A DNA stretch of 64,000 bases, from positions 496,001 to 560,000 of the forward strand of contig CDRNVI010000149.1 in NCBI GenBank assembly GCA_977017575.1, in the 5' to 3' direction. A model generated the notes under the pieces. That model did no database searches and was not told where the DNA came from. It worked only from the letters and a program-made list of their open reading frames with translations. This DNA comes from Paramoeba atlantica. Taxonomy: Eukaryota > Protista > Discosea. Numbering within the stretch: the stretch's first letter is position 1; every line of letters begins with the position of its first letter. A program made the position numbers and the translations under genes. This document shows, in pieces, positions 28,233 to 39,556 of the stretch.

Positions 28233-30813
28233 TTGACAGTCTTAATCACCAACCAAAAACTCAATGAAACCATACACAACATCATGGCAACCTCTCTCTT
28301 CATTCCTCTGGCAAAAGGGGACAAAGGGATCCGTCCAATTGGTGTTGCTGAAGTTCTCAAGAGGTGGGCAGCGATTGCACTTGTTCTTGAAGTCCAACAC
28401 GAGGGAATTCCTGAGAAATTGTCCCACCAATATGGTGTATGCTTGCCAAGTGGTGCAGAAATGGTCCACAAAGCAATATCACAGCCTATCTCCACCTCCA
28501 CCCACAACATTATGCCGTGAAACTGGACATTGTTAATGCCTTCAATTCCATCTCAAGAAAAACCATCTTTGAGAGCACAGTCCAGCTGGCCCCTGTATTA
28601 CTCCCATACCTCTACACCTTCTATTCTTCAGTAACACCCCTCCTCTCTCATGACCGGAACCACACCCTCACCATGGAGGAGGGTGTCCAGCAAGGAGATC
28701 CCCTCGGGACAATTTTCTTCTGTCTGGGATTTCATGGAGTCCTTAATCCAATCTTTCAGAAGGTTGATGCTCCACTGAATGCACTTCTTCTTCTCCTCTT
28801 TGTTGATGATATATTTGTTTGTGGGAGCCCAGTTGCCATTGCAGAAATCACCACTCAGATCCAGAGTGTCCTCCCAAATGCCAACCTCAAACTTGGCACA
28901 GAAAGGGGCAAAATGGTCTGTTTCTCTCCCAAAGCGCCCAGGAGCAATGACCTCAAAAATCTTGGCATTGGGAAGGCGGAAGTAATCACAGTTCTAGGGT
29001 CACCCATTGGGCTGAACACTCAAATTTCCAAGTGGCTTCACACCCTTGCTCAAGAATACCAACAAGCATCACAAGACCACTGTTTAATAATGTTCTCCAA
29101 CCCCCATGAAAGTCTTGAGCTTTTTGTCAAAACCATCACACCCAAACTAACATACATCTGTCGCACAACACCTCTCTCTTTAACCCCTTTCCAAGACTTC
29201 ATCAAGCAAACCACTACAACAAACATCAATTACCTCCTCAACCTCCTCCAAGTCCCCCACCTGCATCCAAACAAAGAACTCCATCTCTCTCAAGTAGAAG
29301 CTGCAGGCCTTCCAAAGTCAAAAGGTGGTGGTGGCTTGAGCTACTCTCAGAACACCCACCAAGCAGCCTTCCTTGGCTCCTGGATCTCAGTTTACTGATC
29401 CTGCTCTGAGTTCAAACCTGAACTTACCAACCTCTTTGAAGACTTCTGGAAGAGTGACTCACCCCAGCGCCAGGCCCTCCACCAAGCATATGACCATTTT
29501 GAAAGCTTCATCTCGAGCGAGTGGAAACTGCCAAGTGGTACCTCTGTCCATGAGCTCCTAACTCGATTGACAGAGCCACCATCTGACTCAATGGGCACTG
29601 GAGAAAACTACAAACCACAGAAGAAGTTCACCTCCTGTGAACTTCAGGATGTCAAAAAGAAGATCATGGACCCAACACAAGATAAAAACCTCTGCCGTGC
29701 AATCCGTGAGAATGAGGTTGGCCCCACCACCCACTTGTGGATGACAGCCTACCCAGACAAGGACACCTCTGAGCCAAAGCCATATCGAGCCTTAAATGCT
29801 GAAGATTTTCGCTCAGCCTACCGATGTAGGCTTGACATCATTGACCCACACCTTGGGGCTCTCTGTGAACTTGGGACTGTCAAGTGTGGATTTTGTGAAA
29901 AAGAACTCTGTGCTGCATCCTCCCTCCACCTCTCAGACTGCACCAGTCGTGGAAGAGGAACCACACAAGAAGACACCATGCTCTCTGTGATGAACTCAAG
30001 AACATTGCCAACTGGGCAGGAAAAACAACAATCCGAGATGGAGCCTACCGGCCAATTGGGAAGTCACACAAGCAACCTGATCTTACAATCTGTGAGTGGC
30101 AAGGCGACCAGGATCTGTGTATTGATGTTCGAGTTGTGTCAACCCACATAACCCCCCGCTTTCGTTGTGTGATCCAAACACCCACCAAAACCTACTCTGA
30201 CCCCACACTCGACACCCTCTCACCTGCACACCATGCCAGGATCATAAAACGCAGAGAATATGTGGACAGACGTCTGACTGAAACAGACTTTAATGCAGGA
30301 AGGGACAGAGACACCCCTGAGGAGAAACGGACCCTTAAACAAATAACTCTTTCCGATCGCCAAGGTGAAGTCATCTTCCTTCTAGCATCTTCATCCTCAG
30401 GTAATGGAATATCCCCTGACATTAGTGCACTCCTACGGTCCCTCGCTTCAATTGCCCTCCAAAACGACCGGGTCCTGGATGCCAACCCCCTCCCCCTCTT
30501 CTTGAGAACAGCAAAGAAGAAGATTTCAGCTGCACTAATGAAAGCAATGGCAAACCACATGATGAGCATACGGGAAAATCTAAAACCCAGCAACCCCCTT
30601 TTGACCCATCATTCTCTGTGCTTCTCATCATCTCTCAATCCAAATGACATTTCCATTCCCCCCTCTTCTTTTCCACACGTACTACCCCCTTTTTCTGCAG
30701 TTCCTCCTCTCACTGGGTGAGATATTCTGCCAAATGTGCAACCATTCCCTTCTCTTACGACCATCTTTTTCGAATAAAAATCTCTTTCATCTCCAAAAAA
30801 AAAAAAAAAAAAA
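28233..30813 (+). mobile_element. 5'-truncated non-LTR retrotransposon with RT + CCHC + C-terminal restriction-like endonuclease (CRE/R2-like group), poly(A) tail, 13-bp TSD
   Basis: RT motifs: IRPIGVAEVLKR, KLDIVNAFNSISR, GVQQGDPLG, FVDD. Zn motif: CGFC...HLSDC. After a frameshift near 29960 the RLE reads RRHHALCDEL...KQPDLTI...LCIDVRVVS...KRREY...SAAL. AATAAA near 30773 and A19 at 30795-30813. TSD TCAAAAAAATCAA at 28220-28232 and 30814-30826. Lesions: frameshift ~28500, in-frame TGA 29396-29398, frameshift ~29960. Confidence 0.9.
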
Positions 30814-30964
30814 TCAAAAAAATCAAAAAAACAAAAACCCTCTTGAAGAAGAGAAAATAAAAAGGAAGAAAATGAAAAAGAATAATAAAAATCCTGTCCT
30901 CTCTTCCAAATCAGTTCCACAATTCAATTTTAAATTCTTCTTAAAATCTGAAATAATAATTGAT

Positions 30965-31690
30965 CCAAAATGAATCAACAACAACCCCAAAAATGAGGTT
31001 TGTTCATGTGAAAATCACCAAACGAAAAAAGTAATGTTCTTTCTTTCTAAAAACACATTTTCTGAATCACAAACAATAATTCTACCCTCCCCATCATCAG
31101 AAACAACAATATCCCCATCCCCCCATCAACACCAACATTGTAAGGATTGTTAAACTAACCTTTCAGAAGAATGTTCTGAACCAAAAGAATGAAGAAAAGA
31201 TCCATCATTATCAAACAAACACTTGAATTCAATGATGGGAAGTATCAGCAACAATAATTCAACCTTCTTCATCCACAACACCCACACCACATGGTTCATC
31301 AAACTGACCATCTTCAGAACCTTTTGATCCAAAAGATTTGACCAAATCTCCTTCTTTGTTTAAGATTACAACCTGAAAAGAATCTTGAGACCAATCAAGA
31401 ACAACACTGAATTAGATCATTCAATCCAATTGAAACCATCATAAGATTCCAATTGAATTGAATCAATTGTTTTGTTGATATTCAATTGTCTCATTTCCTT
31501 CTTTATCTCTCACACTCAATCCATCATCATCATTTTCACAAATAAAAAGATTCCCATCACTGTTCACACTCACCCTATAGATTCATTCCTCAAAGGAAAA
31601 TAAAGAAAACAAATTGAATTGAATCACCACCACCATCACAATAAATCACTCCTTTCTTTGGTTTTGGTAAATCAACAACACCTCCTTTCA
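30965..31690 (-). pseudogene. NHL-repeat (beta-propeller) protein pseudogene
   Basis: The minus strand reads KSFGSKGSEDGQFDEPCGVGVVDEEG*IIVADTSHH*IQVF-DNDGSFLHSFGS...FNNPYNVGVDGDGDIVVSDDGEGRIIVCD, matching the NHL consensus, with stops and frameshifts. Confidence 0.75.
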
Positions 31691-31838
31691 GAAACAAATT
31701 TGCAGTTTGAAGAAGAGTTTGAAAAAAGTTGATCATCAAAAAAAAAAAAAAAGAGAAAAATCAGGAAGAGGAGGGGGAGGTAGCACAAGAGGAAAAGGGA
31801 AAGAGCGAGCCTTTTCCCTTCAGGAGGACTTTTACTTA

Positions 31839-32720
31839 ATGGAGGAGAGCACGCACAATGGTGTGAACTACCAGCAAGCAATTGAGGGAATCCAAACCAG
31901 TAAATACATCCTCACCCAACGCTCAGAAAAAAGCCGACTGAGATGCAGTTGCAGGACATTACCACAATGTGTTGGAAGAGCCAAAGGAAAAGGGAAATAT
32001 ATTCCCAACCCTTTGTGGTTATTGAGGAGGCTCTTAATGAAAACCTTTCGCAAGATGAATTGGTGTGCCAAGTGACCACCAAAACATGGAAAAGCGGCAA
32101 AAAGAAAGGGTTTGAGGGTCAAGCCCCTGTTTTAGACCCACTAAAGAGACAGTCTTGGTTCAGAGCTCACGGAGAAGGGTGGAACGACTGGCCGCAAAAA
32201 CTCAACGCTGTCCTCCTTGTGAAAATGTTTGTTTATGGATGGACTTGAGTGACTTTAGAATCAAGGGAAAACAAGGTCCCAAGAAAGAGAGGGAAAAAAT
32301 GTGGTCTCACAAGTTACTGGCTCCAGGAAGAAGATGGGTAACAGTTTGTAATGCCAAAGGAGGAACTGAGTGGGTGAGTGGGCCTCACTCTCCAAAGCAG
32401 TATGATGGAGATTTGTTAATTTACTCTGCCAAAACAATTGATCGGTTGTTTGAGGGCGGAACAGTGGTTGCTGACAACCATTTTCGAAAAGCGACCTGAT
32501 TCTTGAAAAAGGTCTTTTTGATCACAAACAAGTCTTGTGGAGGAAGGCCAAAAATTGTTGATGGGAAGAAAGTCCCTTGTGTGTGTTGAGCCAAGAGGAT
32601 ACAAGAAATAATGAAGAAATTGCTTTTGTACGAGTGGCTGGTGTAAATCTACTTTCAAATCTGTTGGTGGTGTGTATTATGAAGATGAGAATCAACATGA
32701 TTGTACCCTTCGCTTTGCTC
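31839..32720 (+). pseudogene. PIF/Harbinger-ISL2EU (IS5-like, DDE_Tnp_4) transposase, disrupted
   Basis: WMDLSDFRI...WSHKLLAPGRRWVTVCNAKGGTEWVSGPHSPKQYDGDLL...VVADNHF...LSQEDTRNNEEIAFVR follows the order D / YS.K / PG..HD / AD.GY / N..IA..R. Two frameshifts and a TGA at 32497. Confidence 0.65.
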
Positions 32721-34435
32721 TTGCTTGTCACAAGAAAATTGTTGAATAATTATTGATTAAAAATTTATTTCTTTTTTTTCTGATCTGAATTGAAAAAATA
32801 TGGGGTTTTTTTAATGGGTCAACCCACCGATTTTTACGTTAAAAACTCGGGCTTGACTCTCTTTGGTTTTCTCTTCAAAAACAAAACCAAAAAACACAAA
32901 AAAAATAATAAACATATCACATTTGGAACAATACATTCGAGTTCATTCTCCACATGTTCCGAAATTCACACATTCTGATACATCTCCTGTTTTTTTTTGT
33001 TTTTTCAAAAAAAATATTTGAAATTTCCTCTCTCTCTCTCTCAAAAAAAAGAGGAAGAAGAGGAAGAAGGATTTTGAAGAAGAAAGAGTTTCTTGAGACA
33101 AAGAAAACAAAAATAAGACCACAACAAGTAAACAAACAACCTTCATTCTTTTTCCCAACTCATTTCCCAAATCAAATTCCACATTCAAATGTTTTCTTTT
33201 TCCTTTTGCCTCACAAACCCTTCCAAGAGTGTTTTCACCTTATCACCCCACAGTAAGAGGGGCATCATCAAACAACCTCATCCACCTTATGAAATGTTAC
33301 CCTCAATTTCCTTGCAAGTTACTCAAGTACTGGTTCTCAATCATTTGCCTCCACATACATTAACACAAAATATTAAGTAACTAAGTCAAAGAAGAGATGG
33401 ACCTCTCGACATTTGAATAATGAGTTGAAATCAACCTTATTATTTTTACTTCTCTCTCCTGGCCATGCCTGTAAACATGGATGGCGATCATTGGGATTAT
33501 CCACACACCAAACCGAAAAAACCTCGAAAAATCAACCAACTTTGGAGCAAGCTACCAAAATGAAGCTCAACCCAAGGGAAGAAGCTCTTCCTGAAGACAG
33601 AGTTCCCCAGAGGAGAGGAATATCTCTCTCAATGACAAGGATCTTCAGCAAGATGATGAACCTCCCAAAGTGTCAGGATCGACCAGATCTCCGGAAGGAC
33701 AAACAAAACAAAAACGAAACCCAATCCAAAGATCAAATCGAAAATGTGGGTTTTATTCAAGAAAACAAACAAAGGGAACATTTGAACAAGAGGGAAAATG
33801 TGGGAGCGGTAACAGTTGAGATGGGGGGTGTGATAGAAACAAAAAGGATTCAGAAATGGTGTTTTTGTGGAAGGAAACATGGACAAAATCAAATCAGGAA
33901 AGGAAAAAAATAAACATCAGGAAAAACAAGAAAAGGGAAAATAAAACAAAGGGAATATCAGAAAGGAAAAGAGGGAAGGAAAGAGAGAGAGAGAGGGCGG
34001 TGATCAATTGGGGGAGTAGAGCAATAAGATGGCATCAAATTGAACAGAAGACAACTGAACAGGGTTCATAACAGGAAGACAATTCTCTCTTGAAAGAAGA
34101 GGACTTTGACTATGAGATATTGTGGGAGATGGTCACAAGTCTAGCAGAGAGAGCCAGAGTCTCAACTGAGAATGGCTTCCCAGTTATTCATTTTAATGGT
34201 GGAAAGAATTATCAAATGATGCTGCACAAGTGTTAGTCCTTATAAAAACAACACATCCCTGTTGCTCAACAGCTCAGCAGCAAGATGTTTCAACTCTTCA
34301 AGAGATAGTGTTTTGATTGGCGCTATGCGCATATTCCCCTTGGGGGTTTCAGGTTTGTCAGAGCTGCAGACAGACACATTTCATACTGGCATGGAATTAC
34401 CCTCTCCATGTGATTGAATTTCTCTCTCTACCAAA

Positions 34436-34970
34436 TTGAGGTTGAAGGGTAAATGGCAAAAAGAAAGATTTTGGTGCAAGGAATTCAAGAATTATTTAAA
34501 TCCAAAGTTGCTCAGTCTGAGTTTGCCCAAGCGTGGTTATCTGCTGCAAAAAGGCAAAAAGACACAGGGTTCATTTGTTGTTGGACAAGTCGTTCAGGAC
34601 CAGAAGGATTATTATCCCGTAATCTCTCGTTCAACTCTTAACTCTTTTCCCTTGTATGACAAACATGGGGAAGCAAAGCGGCAATGGTGCAGTATAAAAT
34701 CTTCTTGTTATGTCTGTGGTGAAATTGGCCATTTTGAGAAAAGATGTCCAAACAAAGCCCGAGCACAATCTCATAACCTCCGCAAGAGGTCTGGAACCCC
34801 TCAACCCCCTTCCCTTCAACTCCCTGTCCTCCAAAAGTAGGAGAGTAGACCCCAAAAAGAGGTTAAAGCTGCTGCAAAGAGAGATGCAAAATGAGTTGCC
34901 AAGGAGCTTGCTAAGTTGGCTAGTCAACAAGAGGAAAAAGGCAGAGGAGGAAGGAGAAGAAAAGGAATAA
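34436..34970 (+). pseudogene. Degenerate gag-like fragment of a second DIRS-like element
   Basis: The CCHC knuckle CYVCGEIGHFEKRC is followed by PNKARA, matching CFSCGESGHSSRSC-PNKAKA in the downstream gag. Confidence 0.55.
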
Positions 34971-36316
34971 AAACCTCGTCTTTCTTACCCTTTGTGTGCT
35001 TCTTCTCAGGGTGCTACTTGTCTGTTCTCCCTCTATCCAACCAAGCCAATCAGCTTGTTCACCACTGCAGAATCAAGTTGGACAAAACTGGGAAAAGATT
35101 TTGAAGCAAATCACAACAATGTACATTGGATGTTGATCTTACTTCAGATGGTCCTGTCCAATGTCCTTCCACATTTTGCGAATGGTGGAGCAACATTTGA
35201 AATCACCTCGAAGGTAGGCAAACTAGAGACAGGCACCTCCCCCATAAACTTTCCCATAATTACCTTCTAAAAGACGTTCAAAATAAACAATAAAAGCAGA
35301 TGTAGCCCAATTGTACACAAAAATTACAACAATTTTCTCAAATTTACCACAATTTTTCGACGCTTTGCTGACTCTTTTCACTCCTTGCTTTGACAGCCAA
35401 TTTTTTTTGTTTCTTCCTCTTCTCGGAAGTTCTTGCTACAATTCTTCCTCTTTTCATAACTCTGCTGTTCAACTCTGTTTCTCAAAACACAACACCAAAA
35501 ACACACACAAAAAAAAAAAATTCGAATGCAGCCAAAAACAAAATCAGGAAATAATTTGGACCACGAACTGTGGTTTAAAAGAAATCATAGCAGAAGGGTG
35601 ATGGGAAGTGTCCTCTCTGTAGGCAGTCAGAATCCATTGACACAACCAAGTTCAAAATGTCTTCCTCTTGTTTAAATGTCTGTATCCTCATGATCTCCTT
35701 CTAATTGATAACCGGTCTCCTTGCATCACTATGAAGGAATTATGACAATAAAACAAACCAGACATTCTCATTCTCAACCACACCCACCAAGCAATCAAAA
35801 TCATCAAAATCACGACTCCCCATGATAAAAATATCGAATTGAGTGAAGTGACCTCATACCAATGCAAGAGCCCCCCCCAACAAGAGTATAACACTGCCTC
35901 CAGCTTATGTTTGTGAGACAGTAATTGAAGGATCCCAATGGCTTTGGAATATGTGATCAATCTTTGTTTTGAATCTAAAAAATTGATATTTCTGGCCGCT
36001 TTCCAATTAGGAAAGCGGGGTAACCTGTAGAGGGTGACTTTTCCCTCACCCGGGGTCTCCTTTTTCTGGTAAGGTGGCTGATGTCAGACCCTGTTGATCT
36101 CTGAGATTGGAATCTCGACCAGTGTCACCGCTCTCGCTTCTTTCTTCTTTCTTTTTCACTTTTCTTTTTGTTCCTTCGTTCTCGTGAACGTTGTTTTCTT
36201 GTGTTCCGTTCGTGAGCCTGACGCTATTGGTTTTTTGTGTTCTGTTTATTGGGTTTTTTGTTGCCTAGTGCCTTTTTTACCCTTTGTTTTTCTGTTTGGC
36301 CGTATTGTGTACTACG

Positions 36317-37429
36317 ATGTCAGATACTCACGATTCTGATACCGAATACGAGGTCGCGATGGGCGATGCCACACGACCCGCTGATTGTCTTGCTTCCTTG
36401 GAAAAGCGGTTTGATGCTCTCACTAGTTTGCTCCAAGCTGTTGTGGACAGGGATCCAAGCGGTCTCAACTTGTCTTCATTGTCAACCCCACCCTCAGGCA
36501 ACCTGTCTCCAGGTTCTGGTATCTCCTCCTCCTCGTCTTCTACATGCTCAACATGGTCTCCTCTGGATCCTCCCTCGTCTTCTCCCATCTTTGGTCAGAA
36601 TACATTGAGCGCTCCCGCTCCTTCCCCCTCCCCTTCGCCACAGTCATTTACACCAGCTGGGTCGAGCGAAATTCCTGGCTTGTCCTTGCAAATTCCTCCT
36701 CCTGGTTTCATCAAACCGACTTGTGGTCGATCTACACTTAAACATGACCCCGCGCAGTCGTATATTTTGGATAACCCTTTTACCTGGCCTCAGTTTGAGC
36801 CTCTCAATCGTTGGGAGATGTGGGCCACATCGAAGAAGGCGGCAAGAAACGTTAATGAATTGTCTGTCCTCCGTACTTGTGATGCTCTCATGGAAAAGGT
36901 CCTCGAGGAAGCCGTGTCGGGTGGAAATCCTGGTCACTATGCTAAGTTCCCGAGCCAGTTTATTCAGGTTCATGCGGACTTACTTTGCGACGCTGATTTG
37001 AGAGGGTGGGACCTTGCCCTTCCTGCGCATGGTATCGCTACCGCCAGACCAAACAAAAAAGGTTGTTTCTCCTGCGGTGAAAGTGGTCACTCTTCTAGAA
37101 GTTGCCCTAATAAGGCCAAGGCTGCGGCAGCGCCTGCTCTGGTTGTCCCAAAGTCGGCTGAACAAGCTTTGAACCAGATCAATGGTTCTTTGAATCAAGT
37201 TCCTGGTCCAGCAGTTCCTTCTTTCCCCATGGGTTTCTGGCCACCTTTCCCCCCTCAGTTCCCTAGTCCTTATCAAATGCCTCCAGTCGCAGCGTCGCCT
37301 GTGCCAATTCCCCCCCCTGTGCAGTCATCTGATACAACTATGGTGAAAAAGAAGAGTTGTAAGAAGCGCAGGAAGTCACACAACAGGGCTTCCTCCTCTA
37401 GTTCTTCCTCTTCTGAGGATCATTCCTGA
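36317..37429 (+). CDS. gag: Gag-like protein with CCHC zinc knuckle (370 aa)
   Basis: Intact ORF, MSDTHDSD..., with Ser/Pro-rich regions and CFSCGESGHSSRSC, located upstream of RT. Confidence 0.8.
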   Translation: MSDTHDSDTEYEVAMGDATRPADCLASLEKRFDALTSLLQAVVDRDPSGLNLSSLSTPPSGNLSPGSGISSSSSSTCSTWSPLDPPSSSPIFGQNTLSAPAPSPSPSPQSFTPAGSSEIPGLSLQIPPPGFIKPTCGRSTLKHDPAQSYILDNPFTWPQFEPLNRWEMWATSKKAARNVNELSVLRTCDALMEKVLEEAVSGGNPGHYAKFPSQFIQVHADLLCDADLRGWDLALPAHGIATARPNKKGCFSCGESGHSSRSCPNKAKAAAAPALVVPKSAEQALNQINGSLNQVPGPAVPSFPMGFWPPFPPQFPSPYQMPPVAASPVPIPPPVQSSDTTMVKKKSCKKRRKSHNRASSSSSSSSEDHS

Positions 37430-37536
37430 CCCTTTGGCCTGGTTGAAGGTTATGACACTGCCAAGAGTCCCCTTTTGCTCGCTTCATCCCCTCCCAAGCC
37501 GAACCAACCTTCCAGCGCAATTGCACAGTCGTTGAA

Positions 37537-39556
37537 GTGTGGAACATGTTACCTCTACCTTCAGATGTCCTGGAGTGGGTCAACACAGGGGTACGCATCC
37601 CGATAAATGCCAGTGCTCAGCCTTTTCATGCTCAGAACAAGTTTCCGGTGGAACTCACTGCTTTTGTCACAAACGAAATTCAGAGGCTTTGTCGTCTCTC
37701 TGTGGTGAAGGAGGTCAGCTCTCCCCCCTTTGCTGTAAATGCTCTCAAGACTGCACCCAAGAGTGGTTCGTGCCCGTGCAAGACTCTGAGACTGGTTGTT
37801 GTGGGTACACAAGTGGACAAACTTTATTCTCTGTATCAGAAGTTGAGGCTCAAAGTGATCCCATTCTTCTCCATGGTGATTCCCAAGGATGCTTACATGG
37901 TGACTATCGATCTGAGCGATTTCTATCTCCACTTCATGCTCCACCAAGACAGCCAACAGTGGATGGGCTTTCAGCTGAACGAGAAATTTTTCCTGTTCCT
38001 AGCCACAATGTTCAGATTCAAGATCTCCGCTTTTGTTGCAGCCAAAACTTCTCTGGAACTTGCAAAGATCCTTTGAGTCCTGTGCCCAGGAGTGTCCATT
38101 CTGGTGTGGGTCGATGACTTTCTAATGACAGCTTCTTCTCCTCTCTTTCTGGACCATATGGTTCGTGGTTTCATTCTCCCCTTCTTCGAGAATCTGGGTT
38201 TCAAGATTGCCTTTCACAAGTGCAAATTGACTCCAACTCAGAATCTGGTGTACATGGGTCTCAGAATAGACTTGACGATCTCCATGCTGTTCATAACAGA
38301 AGCAAGAAAAGAAAAGGCACTCGCAGTCATCGAAAACATGATCGCTCTCTTGCTCTTAGGGAATGTCACAGCCCGGCAACTTGCCAAAGTGATGGGGACG
38401 CTAACTTCTCTGGCACCAGTGTTGGACATTGTCAAGATTGCCAGCCCACAGCACAAAAACCCTTGAGGATTCTGAGACCTACATGGATGTGGGATTCTTA
38501 CGTGGTGGTTCCACCAATGACAGTCACAATCCTGACCTTTCTCTGGACTCAGATTTACGAGAACAATGGGAGGCCATTCTCCTGCCCTCTACAAACCAAG
38601 ATTGTTGTCTCGGATGCTTCCAAGTCAGAACGTTGGACAGGATGGGGATTTGTGATAGATGCAGAGGAAGGTACAATCTCGGTGGCAAGCCGGTTCAGCG
38701 ACAAAACAGCAATGTTCTCCATTGCAGCACTGGAACTCTTGGCTTTCATGGAGGCAATACAGACCTCCCTCAACCTGAAGGTGATTCGGATGGGCAACAC
38801 AATCCAACCTCTCATAGACAATGTGGTGGCTCTTTATGCTTTAAAGAAGGGGGGAAGCAGGAACAATTTTCTGGACTCAATAGCAAGAAAGGCCGTTCTT
38901 CTTCTCCTACAGAACAATCTGCATTTGTGGAATCCTCGTTACATCCTGTCAGCAATAAATCCAGCCGACCTCCTTCTCGTCTCAATGATCAGGGATCTTG
39001 GATGACGTTGCCTTGGGTTTGGTCACTTCTGCTGAGCATTGTTCCCCCCCTAGACATGGATCTGTTCGCCTGCAATCTGTCAGCGGTTGTTCCTTGCTTC
39101 TTTTCAATGACCCTTTGTCCAAACAGTGCAGGTGTCAATGCATTTGCAAAAACTTGGCCACAGAAAGTGTGGATGTGTCCCCCTCTGAGTATAATCGCAC
39201 CAGCATTAGCAACTCTGTTCGAATCTCAAACACATGCCCTGGTCGTTGCGCCATCTTGGAAATGTCCATGGTTACAACCCCTGTTACATGGAAGTGCTTG
39301 GCTGCTCACTTTGGATTGGACATCAGGAACAATGCATCAACCAGTCAGTTGTTCAACAGAACTGTCACAGATTTCATTGACAAAATGGATAGCAGTTTGG
39401 TTTTGCCCAAACCTCTTTGTGACCCGCTCGAGCCCTCCACCAGAGCCAGCTACCTCACGATATGTGCAGCCTTCGACTCCTGGGCATGTGAAAGAGACTA
39501 TTGCGCTTTCCCTGCAACAAATGCAGTGTTGTCAGAATATGTTCGGTCCAAACTAG
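37537..39556 (+). pseudogene. pol: pol: reverse transcriptase, RNase H and DNA N6-adenine methyltransferase-like domain; disrupted
   Basis: RT: VLEWVNTGVRIP, TIDLSDFY, WVDDF. RNase H: VVSDAS...GWG, IAALELLA, DN..AL..KGGS. MT: DMDLFA...GVNAFAKTW...MCPPLSII. In-frame TGA at 38074-38076 and frameshifts at ~38455 and ~38965. Confidence 0.85.

Noticed and set aside
33281-33289. TCCACCTTA as the missing 5' end of tRNA-Asn
   Set aside because: It is only a 9-bp match to an inferred sequence, is not followed by GCTCAG, and lies 2.7 kb from the element's left end; expected by chance in a window this size.
33467-33560. PVNMDGDHW as a Ulp1/C48 protease motif
   Set aside because: No downstream Asp or Q..N..DCG motif was found in any frame.
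35994-36060. HDV-like ribozyme at the DIRS left end
   Set aside because: The GGCCGC start forms a simple contiguous hairpin, with no nested P2/P3/P1.1 pseudoknot elements.
29396-38076. Non-standard genetic code (TGA readthrough) explaining the in-frame stops
   Set aside because: Intact ORFs such as gag terminate at TGA, and the stops fall at Arg rather than Trp positions. The same elements also carry frameshifts, so CpG decay is the simpler explanation.
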